DNA from: Acanthaster planci
Lineage: Eukaryota
Assembly (NCBI RefSeq): GCF_001949145.1
Contig: NW_019091357.1
Coordinates: 2,101,704 to 2,151,090 of the forward strand
Direction: 5' to 3'
DNA: 49,387 bases
The position numbers and the translations under genes were made by a program. A model generated the notes under the pieces. The model had not been told where the DNA came from and ran no database searches. It saw nothing but the letters and a program-made list of their open reading frames with translations. Of this stretch, positions 30,108 to 44,473 are shown piece after piece; the stretch's first letter is position 1; each line of letters begins with the position of its first letter.

Positions 30108-31245
30108 CCTTCGAATGAATGATTTGAGGCAATGAGGCATAAACAACATTTTCAGTGACTGACGGTCATTGTCAAAGAGAACGGGGAAATAATTATGCCT
30201 GCATGTTATTTATAGACTTGTAGGAATAACGCATAGCTAAATCAGACCCCCCAAAGAAGAGAAGCTCACAAAGCTGTGACATCGTGTAACTTTCTACCAA
30301 CATATTCCTGAAAGCTGTACACTGGTCTTGGCACTGATGTCTTTATTTGTATTTTCCAATGCCAATCAGCATGGGAACATTTACGCAGAGTTTTTTCCTC
30401 GAGTAATTCAAGCGGCGACCTGATACGAATGCCCAACAACATGTTACTGTACGGGCAGGGAAAATTCTCTTCTGACCAATTGGAGCGGGCGACAGACCTT
30501 TCAACTCTTTGTCCAATCAGAAGCTTCGTTTCTTCAACAAGTAATGCAATCACCGCGTGCCAATTTCTCTCTGTACATTGTTTCAGTGACAATGATGGAG
30601 GTACATCTGACGTATAGTATACCCTAGAAACTGAATCTGAGAAAACCTGAACCCCCTAACATCACTTGCAAGAACGATCGTGAGAAGAATCTGTGTCCTA
30701 ATATCGGAGATATTATTATCGTAAATCCATTAAACCATCCTTGTGTTTAAAATTTAAACCAGTTTAAAACTCGAGCCGTGTGTCAATACACAACGAGGAA
30801 AAATAAACATCCCACGTTTGATAATGCAAACACAAGATAAACTTGACCAAGTCTGTGGGATCGACATCGACAGGGAAACATATCTCTCGCCAATCCTTCG
30901 ACAAACCTTGAAAGTTGTTTCAAATTTGAGGCATAGGAGCTTCAAATCTGAAACCTGCCCAATCATCAGGTGCAGATTGGGCTAACTCTATTTCAGTTTT
31001 GCGTCGGTGACTAAACGGAAATGTATTGCAGCGGTGTATTTCCTGCGTGATAAGGCATGGATAGAAATAGGTCTTTGAAGTCGTGTCATAAACTCGCCCA
31101 GTCGGTTGTGCAGTTTATTTTGGCGCAACGTGGTATCCATTTGAAAATAAAATGGTAACAAAATTATCTGACGTTTGAGGAAAGTTTTCAGGTATTTTAT
31201 ATACCGGTATAGCAAGCTTTGTGCTCAAAGATTTGATTTTTGCTG

Positions 31246-31338
31246 TGACGTCACCGTCATCGCCATACATCTCGGCAGAGATTTTCAGTCGCAAACATGA
31301 ACTATCGCAATACCCTGCAAGTCTATTGCGCATGCGCA
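31246..31338. promoter_or_regulatory. CRE and NRF1/P3A2-type palindromes upstream of gene D
   Basis: Perfect TGACGTCA (31246-31253) and TGCGCATGCGCA (31327-31338), about 560-650 nt upstream of ATG 31898. Confidence 0.4.
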
Positions 31339-31897
31339 TAAGATTCCGCGCTTAATGATATGACAACCGACAGAAAATACAGTGGGTTTGTCAGTGTGTC
31401 TTTGCAAAGGCAAGCTCCGGTAATAGAATTTACAAAGATTGTCAAAGAAGACTAGGATAATTTGAATTAGTGCTTAACTTTTAAGCCGCAAATACATGTA
31501 AAATGTAAGGACACAAAGTGAGGGATATCGCAGGCTTGCACAGAGAGCCGTTGTCGTTTACCACGCATGAGCAAGCACTTCTGTTTGATTGTCAGGCGTA
31601 TTTTGTTGTCCCTCCTAAAAAAAGGTCATCCGAACAAGTTGTGTAAGCGAACCACCCGGAAACAAGGCAGCTACATAACTATGGCCTTTAGTGGGGCCTA
31701 TGCAAAGGCCATTTCTGCAAAATCACTGGTGTCACTGTCTGTCGTGTGTTGCCGCGCACAGTCAGGTTATCTGCAAGAAGGTCGCGCCTATGTACGTTTC
31801 CGTAACAAAGACCTTCATGACAATGCGAAAGTGAAGCTGGGTTGAGCACAGAGCGAGGCAAGAGTAGTTGGAAGAAAAAGGCTCGAGAACTTCAGCC

Positions 31898-33451
31898 ATG
31901 GAGTCGGTAACTCTGAAGAGGGGGATCCTGTTGGTTCTCGTGCTGTGTATTTGTCTGCTAATGCACGTTCCAACGGCAGATGCACGTAAGTTTCATGCTT
32001 CAGTCTCTTCCTGGTGAACGGGAGAAATGGCGCGGTGCCGATGAAACCAGCCCCGCAAGTTTGAAGCATAAGCTAGGCCGCTGTTAGAGAGAGATCCATA
32101 CACCGACAACATTAATTTTTGCATTAAAATGTTAAAACATAAAGAACTGAGTGAATCAAGAATAAATTGTCCAGGATAAGATATTTTTTCCTGGGCTGAG
32201 TAACCCTTTTTTATACATTGAAGCATGTATGTTAAGATCTGCCAAAGGAGTATCCGTGTATTTGACCCGTACAATCAGACGTTTCCATGTTTCATTAAAA
32301 GAACCTATTTCATTTTGTGTGTGTGAGTTAAAATCCATTTTGAAGCTCAAGGGTTGTCAGTGGGCGTCTTGTTTAAATGAGATTGGAGGATTTTCAAACA
32401 AACACTTGAATGGCTACGCCAGTGGTATGCTTAAGAGATTGAAAAAATTACAGCACTCAGCCGGACTGCTGTTCAGGAAAATGAGGTCCACCGCTTCTCT
32501 TGAGTTATTTTTGGCATTTCCTCTCTCAGGTCAGCCTTTGCTCTTTTTTACGCAATTCAAAATACATGTAGGCTATGTTAAAAAAAAACCATGCTTTGAA
32601 ATGATGTCGTATATGAAAATAGCAGATAATGAATCGATACCCATACGAAATGGCAATTTAGGATGGGTACAAAATCAGTTTTGCCGATCCATTTTTAAGC
32701 TAAGCACAATCCTTTCTTTCCCCATAGGTAGACGTAGATCCCCGCATAGGTCCACAAACAACAACTCGGGACGTCCCGCGGCATCACCAGGTATGACGAA
32801 CAGTTTCGAAAGACGTCTATAATTCTTTTTGGCGCAAAGTCATGCTCTTGACTCATACGTCATGATGTACCGAGTTCAGTTAGAAACGTATTTGCCCATC
32901 CCCTCGGAAGTGAAGGGGGATATAGTCTTGCATCAAGTCTGTTCTCGCGGATCATACAATTCAACATAGTTATGTGAAACAATATTGTAGTACTTTCAAA
33001 CTTGACTTTAATTGGCTGTTTGCTGATCACCCTCATTCCAGAGCTTTTGTAGCTTTAGATGTTCTGTTCATCTTCGGTTTGAAATCCTATTTATCTGTTT
33101 AAAGGGTTCACACACTACTTCGTGATAGTCATAAGCGTACTGGGCGGCATCTTGGTTCTCCTGTGCGCCTTTATCAACAGTCTGCGCTGCCTGCAGTACT
33201 TGCTGAGCCGGCGCAACGAGAAACACTCTGTACGACGGAGAACCAGGAGCGTAGAGAGAAACCAGCGGGAGGGGAACCCTGGAGACGATATCGACCAATC
33301 GCAGCTGTACCCGCCGCCAACCTATGCCGAGATCGTCGGGGAGGCAATAGCGCCCCCACCGGCCTACTCCTCCTTACACGTAGGGGATGCTGGCTGGGAA
33401 AGTCTGCCCCCAACGAGCGATGCCGCACACACAGAGGAGCACCCCGTCTAG
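31898..33451 (+). CDS. PY-motif single-pass membrane protein D (165 aa), type I
   Basis: Exons 31898-31985, 32728-32790, 33105-33451 (GT-AG, phase 1/1; Kozak GCCATGG). Signal peptide MESVTLKRGILLVLVLCICLLMHVPTADA; ectodomain RRRRSPHRSTNNNSGRPAASPGFTHY; TM FVIVISVLGGILVLLCAFINSLRCL; tail with PPPTYAEI (PPTY at 33314-33325) and APPPAYSSL (PPAY at 33356-33367). Confidence 0.85.
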
Positions 33452-33972
33452 TTATTTCAATCAAAAATCTGCGCCGCATTTGTAATCGGTGTACACAGAC
33501 ATCACTTTTGAATATCAACACCAACAAGAAAGAATGCATCGTATGATGTAAAGCTTAGCGACTACGGAGATAATGTGCCTTTTTTTCAATATAACGCTTA
33601 CTCAATGCAATGCACTTATAAAAAATATTTTTTTTATTTTTATAGAGAAGAATCTAAGGTACTTTTCAAATACATGTACATGTATATGTATATAGTAAAT
33701 TTTATAGAACGTGCTTTGTCGGTGCAAATTGCTCCCAAAGTGACGCTCTTGAAGACATTGACTTTTCGTTGTTAAAAGGGTACTGTTGAGTGGACCAAAA
33801 CATGGTCCGTTGGCTTGTTCTTTGTAGCTTTTCTGGGGTTGCTAGAAATATTTCCGAAGTAGGAATCGCGCAAAGGTCGTAACAGTTAAAATCTTGTTTA
33901 TCTCGATAACGTGTTGCCATTAACTTGTGAAAATCTATACTGTAATTCGACAACCAGAATTAGAAGCCATTA

Positions 33973-34108
33973 CTGCGGTGGTGCACTGCTCCTGGACAGG
34001 TGGTGCACGCGCGTTCCACGCCTCTTTGATTAATAGGATGTCGTGATTTGCTAAATGCACGCTCACCTCAAGCTGAAACATGTGCGTGTGAGTGCGGTGC
34101 CACCGCAG
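33973..34108. mobile_element. Small MITE with TTA flanks, possibly PIF/Harbinger-like
   Basis: CTGCGGTGG...CCACCGCAG inverted ends, each flanked by TTA (33970-33972 and 34109-34111). Confidence 0.4.
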
Positions 34109-35082
34109 TTATGACGTCGAATCAGATTAGCCCATATGTAGTTACGGTGTACAACTCTAAAACGTGTACAAAGTTCTGTGAATTCACAGATTGTAATGTA
34201 AGTAATGAGGGTGGTTTGGATGGGGTGGGTGCCGTGGTTGATTCTTGGGCTGGAGTGGAAATTCGGGGTGTAATGAATAATTCATTCGCTTATAACCACC
34301 CCAAAAACACAGTGGGCTGCCCAGCGGGGGATTTTTTTAGGGAACTGAAAGCGGCACATCTTCAGAAAGGGGCTACTACCTTCCGGGGGTTGGGTAATGA
34401 GGATTCATTTACTAATAAAAACAGTGGAACAAATCATTTTAGAAAAAAATTCCATTTCGCCTCCATGGTCCCCAAACTTGCATGGATACGACTACCTGAA
34501 CGACCGTTTACTGTGCGAACGTCCATATCGGGGAGTGATATGAAAGAATAGGTGAAGAAAATGTAATTTTGTGTTAATGTTCTTGTGATTTTGTATGATA
34601 TTAAAGATAACGATTTCTTACGTTGACTCCTTCAAAGGGTTGTGTATCATGTCATTGTAGTCCATGCTAGTGGGACGACGAACAAGTAATGTTTCTTCCC
34701 CGCCAGGGAAAATTCAAATGTCAGTTTGGTTGTTCACTTGGTTTTGTCAATGGAATTATTGGGTGCGTTCGATTAACTTCCCTGAATACACCAGTGTTAC
34801 ACCAAGGGAAGCCTCGAAATGAGGCTTATCGAAGGCATGCTGGGAAAAAGGTCAAGTCCCTGCCACGTTCGTTCTTTGATGTCCATGCTCGAACGGTCCA
34901 TCAGTGATGTCATCACACTCGGGCAGCCTCCAGAGACCCGCTCGCCAGTGGGGTAGTGGTGGCTGACACCATGCACCAGGCCCTGGGGCAGGCATAAAGA
35001 TCACGTGATGGCTAAACCAACGCTCTCGTGTAAGTTTGACCTACACGTGTAACCTAATCGAACGCACCCATAGTGTTCCAAA

Positions 35083-35706
35083 TGACATGACATGACATTA
35101 CATTACATTTACTTCCTCCTCATGGCAAAATACGCAGGTACTAACAACGTATGAGATAAAAAGGCCAATAGAGGTGGCAAAAACCATATTATAAAATGCA
35201 AAGCTTGTGTCAGGCATGCCATTACAAGAAACAAACAAGAGAATACAAAAGACACAACAAAATACAAACAGAGAAAACATTACATGTACAAAATGAGCAT
35301 CAAATAAAAATAGTGATAAATGAAAGTGCTACGGGAAGGGGTTACACTTAATCACACATCAAACTAGGACCCTGGAGAATAGGATGCATGAAATCTATTG
35401 CATAAGATACAATATAAGTTTCTGCTTAAAAGCTTTATAAGACCTTAAACATCGGAGAGAAATCGGTAAGCTCTTCCATAGTTTAGGACTGGAATATTTG
35501 ACAGTGTTTCGAAAAGTGGATTTTCTATGTTGAGGTACATGGGAAGTGTAGGCCAGTGGACGCGCGAGTATTATAGCATATGTACCCGTAAACGTATCTT
35601 AGTTGGCACTCGGAAATAAATTGTTCAAAAACTTGTGCATAAATAATTCTTGTTGATATCTATTCAAATTTATGACGCTTAAGTACTTTAGTTCACGTAA
35701 GAGCAG
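35083..35706 (-). mobile_element. 5'-truncated, degenerate CR1/L2-group LINE 3' end
   Basis: Minus-strand frame LLRELKYLSVINLNRYQQELFMHKFLNNLFPSAN*...HVPQHRKSTFRNTVKYSSPKLWKSLPISLRCLRSYKAFKQKLILYLMQ* resembles the ORF2 C-terminus of CR1/L2/Crack LINEs (PKLWNSLP...FK.KL). It is followed by a T-rich 3'UTR and an (AATGT/CATGT)n tail at 35083-35108. Confidence 0.75.
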
Positions 35707-36879
35707 TTGACTGTGAGCATTATAGGGAGATGCATGCAAATGCAAATGCTACATGGGATGGGGTTGTTTTCTCAGGCTGGGCACTGGAGCGTCCGTCTAG
35801 TGACCATGGCAATATGCCAATGTACTGATGACGTAAATCTTTGTTTGCAGGTGCACCTTATTATGGAGGGGGGCCCGTGGTCTACTGAGCACCTCAGGAA
35901 AGCCACACACCGTAAACAAAACTCCAAATGCAATGCCAGCCGTTGTCAGCGGACAGAGAGCATGACGAATGACGCCTCCGGCGCTTTTCACTTCGCCCGT
36001 TCACCACCTCGCCCATCTCTGCTATTTCGCCCACGCGAACGCACAGCTGTGCTCTGTCAACACGGGCGATTCACAATAGTGCGCCTCCAAGAGTTAGATT
36101 TCCCGTTTAGAGCATGGTTATTCACGAAAAAAAATTCTTAATAGTCATTTTTATCGTAATTTCTGTCTCACTCCGGCCTATTTTTTCCAGTTCATTTTGA
36201 ATCATATAAAAAATAACGTCTAAATAACCGCTAATTCAACGATCTAAACGATAAATTTACAAACGAAATTGAATAAATAAATCGGTAAAATGATGCAACT
36301 TTGGTTTGTACACAAAAAATCCTGCTTTTGGTGATTTATACACGTTCGTAGGTATAACAAGCGAACAATCAAACCTTTCTAAAAAAAATATCAAACCTTT
36401 CTAAAAAAGTATTCAGTGAATAAATTCTTCATTCTTAATTCAGTGAATAAATTCTTTATTCACAGATCACTGAACTTTATCTTCCTTCGATGACCTCACA
36501 ACAGCGCCCTCGGATGTCCAGGAAAGCGTGGATAATGTTTAAAAAGTGCAATTTTTTTCAATGCGTTTGACAGAATAGGAAAGAAACTAATTTTCATTCA
36601 TTGTAGAAGAGTATACTGTTGAAGAAAAAATGTATCTAAGAAAAGTTCATTGCAACTACACTTTAACAAATCTTTGGAATCGATTAATGATGAGCGTAGT
36701 GCAAAGTTGTGGGCGCTCGTAGTTAGCAGAGCGTACGTGTCGATGGAGGCCTCCATTGATGGGATCAATTTGCTATCTGATGCAGTTAGGGTGCCAGTCT
36801 ACTCGATTCAGCGCCGTGGCTAGGCAAGGGCCGGGCGCGCGTGAAGTTTGACGGTAGACCTACACATTACCATTCATGC

Positions 36880-36996
36880 ATGTACACGTGGACAGTGCAT
36901 AATGCCAGTTGTGGTTTGGCCGAGGGTCACGTCAGTTGAGAACTTGAGTCGTTTGTTGGTGAATTTTGTGAGTTACATCTTGCTGTAAGTGTAAGT
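36880..36996 (+). promoter_or_regulatory. Putative GALE promoter and non-coding first exon
   Basis: CpG-rich, with CACGTG (near 36884) and GTCACGTCA (near 36926), ending in tandem donors GTAAGT-GTAAGT (36985, 36991). The ATG-containing exon has an acceptor at 40103, so an upstream UTR exon is required. Confidence 0.55.
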
Positions 36997-37337
36997 CAAA
37001 GATCCGGTGTATTATTTGAACTTTATTGAAATATGCCCGTGGACAGGTGGATAACTCAGTCTTACTCCTAGTTGTTTTTCATTTAGAATGTTGCTTGGGT
37101 TTTTCGATCGCCATTTTTGGGTGTAGGAAACCATGGAGGAATAAAACACACCTCCATGAACGTGAAGTAGGCTAGGCCTGATATGAGAAGGATTTTGACG
37201 TACTAACAATGCCTAATCTGACGTCAGTGAGCAATGTCATGAATGCGGGACTCTGGCCAAGCAACTCCTACTCCTTTTTTTGCTACTTCCGTGATTTGAA
37301 TTATTAAACCAACATGACCAATAATATATCTGGTCCC

Positions 37338-37381
37338 CCCCAGAACTGTGGGGTCCGACGTCGGTCCCCACAGTTCTGGGG
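37338..37381. repeat. 44-bp near-perfect palindrome in putative GALE intron 1
   Basis: CCCCAGAACTGTGGGGTCCGAC|GTCGGTCCCCACAGTTCTGGGG with one mismatch; related copy at 10836-10885 and a half-arm near 38042-38055. Confidence 0.8.
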
Positions 37382-37872
37382 CCCTGGGGGTAGGCCTACA
37401 CATAGTATGTGACCAAGAGATAAGAGTTGCATAGGCCTAAGCCTGTACGGATATCACTAGTTTCCCATAGTTTCAGTCATGTCAGTGGTTTACTACCCAT
37501 CAGAACGTGATAACATTGTTAGAAAAAGCCCATTTATCAGTGGAAAAATGAACACATCACTTGAGAAAACACCACCACCAGTCTTATAGTTTTGTACACA
37601 TATGCTATGGGGTTTGTGCTAACTGTGAAGCACAGGGTGTCAAGTGATGTCCGTGTGCTCTAGGCCTTATTGCTGATACTGCATGAGTTACTTTGCGCGA
37701 TTGTGAAAAAGGCATCATGAGAAGGAAAACCGCTGAACAGAGCAAACATTGCCCCCTTTTCCTTCCCACAATGCCTTTCTACCATTGTGCCAAATCACCC
37801 ACGTGGTATCAGCAATAAAGGCTTATGGCACTGTATGGAACTTTATCCCATTTTTTTGGGGGGGGGAGCACC

Positions 37873-37940
37873 TAGCCCCACTAGTGTGGCACGGATCACT
37901 CCCGAAATCGGGAGTGATCCGTGCCACACTAGTGGGGCTA
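37873..37940. mobile_element. Miniature Academ(H)-like element forming a perfect hairpin
   Basis: TAGCCCCACTAGTGTGGCACGGATCACTCCCGA-AA-TCGGGAGTGATCCGTGCCACACTAGTGGGGCTA: perfect 33-bp arms, TAG...CTA termini and a 9-bp flanking direct repeat GGGAGCACC/GGGAACACC. Confidence 0.7.
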
Positions 37941-40203
37941 GGGAACACCTAGCCTGTCAATGTGTTTTTCATTGTCAGAATGTTGATATGCATATGCAGG
38001 AAATTAGCAAGGTGCCCCAGACCTCTGTCCTTCATTGTCCGCCACAGTTCTGGGGATACTTTGGAGTCAGAGGAATGGGTTTAGAAAATAAAATTATATG
38101 CCCAGTGTCTGTCACTTCTCCCTTTAACGCTTTGCCCATAACCATGTTGGAATTAACGTAAGGGCCATTTTGTCATGTTCCACAATTGGCACCCCGCCCA
38201 TTTGCCACTTTTCCCACCCACTGCTAGAGGAGTTCTGGGCGAACCTTGGTATTTCTTTTTTTAGTACATCGTCCAATTATTGAATGCTGGAAAAACTCCT
38301 CAGCCTCTATTTGAACCCTGATTCATGACATGTACAGTTCAGCCTGCGAGTGGCTTATGGTACTGAGAGAAAACTCAACAGCCCTCTGTGAAAAATACAC
38401 TTTGATATAAAAAAGCCACAAAAATGGCCGCCTACCTCATGAAAAAACAAAGATGAAAAACTGATTGGTTACCAGGCTTCATCATTGTCATCAATTGTTA
38501 AGAGTTGAACAGTTCCACCTAAAAACAACACCCGCCTTGATGACCTTGATAGATACTAGGTTTGTGAACTGTTTACAGAGATTGGTGTGCACCGGTTCCC
38601 TTGGCACATTGGAATACATAGATTGGGAACTGGTGAGTGGCATGGATTCAGTGGTTTGTGGTTTGGAATGACCAAGATTTTATTTTGTTACACATACATC
38701 AGAGATCATAGAAATAGCCTAAAGTGGCTTTAGTCTTTTAATGGGATTTTGCAAGATAAACGTATGCAGTAGGAATAATCAAGGATTCTGCAAAACTTCC
38801 GTATTTAATTCACTAATTCACCTGGTACGTTAGGTTTCTGTGATGAACGTACATGTAATGCCACGTGGCCACAGATATTACGAGTACATAGGCACTTAGT
38901 AATGGTGTCTGACTGGTAAACACAGGGACAACAGGTGTCCAGGACAAAGCAGGAAACAGTTGTGTGTTCATCCCCTTTGAGGATGAACAGATGGTTTACA
39001 CGTGGCCGTCACATTGTCCCAAACAGGGTACCGATGAATCCACATCATTGGTTTTTTGCAATTAAATTATAAAAACCAGTGCTGTCTGGGCTGTGTTGAA
39101 TAATTGGGTTGAACTGTAATCAATTTCATTCTGTTATTGCTGACCGATTGCAAATGCTGCATGTTTAGAATGAAAACACTACCCCCTCTCCCGGTGTAAA
39201 TTGTACAGTGGCCCATAAAATCTCCCTATATTCTGTTGGTTGTTCAAATTGAATTGGTCATGACTGACGTAGACTACTTGCCATTTTTTTTCGAGCTGTC
39301 GCACATAAGTTTGAGGTTCTTTTTTTCCTCCCTAGAATCCATGCTGTTGTGTGCTTAAGAATTTTATTGATTAGACTACCAACGGAAGAGTGGCTTTCAA
39401 ATTTTGAGCAAACATGTGACAAGTGTACTTTGTGAATCCATTTGCCTTCATATTATCGATGTCTGCCTCCACTATTGAGGAATTGTTTTGTTGGCCACGC
39501 ATGCATCAAATAGATATTTTCTGGGAGAGCTTGGGGGAAGGGTGGATTCATCACTGTATCGACCATTCAAGGCCTGTCATGGTACATATACATGTATATG
39601 ACGAGTCGACAGAAGTGATCTTTACCAGTTGGGTGGGGCGTCTGCATTGCTTTCATCCCGTTTTGACACATTGTTGGCCTTAGAGGCATTGTTGCTGAAC
39701 CTGATAGCATAGAGGGTACAGATCAGATGATGTAGCATGTGTTTTTTCTCTGTTAAATCTGTGTTCCGTTGGATACAGATTTGGGCTTTTATTTTTTGAA
39801 GGGTGAAATTTGAAACATGCTTCTGGTTGTGGTGTTGACACCTCCAACGTTTGCAGCCTTTTCGTTGGGAAAAATTGTTTCCTCCCAGGAAATGGCCATG
39901 GCTGTTGCCGAGGAGAAAAAATGGAAAGGTTGAAGTCTGTGCTTGCGGCTCAAAGCTGCGTAGGTCATTTTGAGAAGGATGGCATCACATTCTGTGACGA
40001 CAGAACTTATCAGTGCTTTGTTCCAGGAGGTTTTTTTGGGGGATTGTCTTTGTTCGAAAGTTTGCTTTACGTCTTTTTTTTTTCAATCTTCATTTCATTT
40101 CAGGGTATCTAAGTTGAGTTTCAGCCATTCCAGTGTTCGACCAGCGAAGTGCTGAGTGCAGTGTAGATCATACCAGTCATTGTAACAAAAGAAGACATAG
40201 TGA

Positions 40204-44473
<4,270 letters not shown>

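Noticed and set aside
31681..31765. Alternative first coding exon for gene D (MAFSGAYAKAISAKSLVSLSVVCCRAQS)
   Set aside because: Weak hydrophobic core and poor donor (GTTATC); ATG 31898 gives a far better signal peptide, Kozak context and GTAAGT donor.
32229..32822. 197-aa ORF as a standalone gene
   Set aside because: Only 32728-32790 is bounded by splice sites (gene D exon 2); the rest is open intronic frame with no recognisable motif.
34048..36141. ORFs 34048-34551 and 35707-36141 as a fifth cluster gene
   Set aside because: No signal peptide, TM helix or PPxY motif, no consistent exon chain, and they overlap or abut repeat-derived sequence.
36368..36461. Short direct repeats suggestive of a CRISPR-like array
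   Set aside because: Only two pairs of adjacent AT-rich duplications with no spacers; eukaryotic context and no cas genes.
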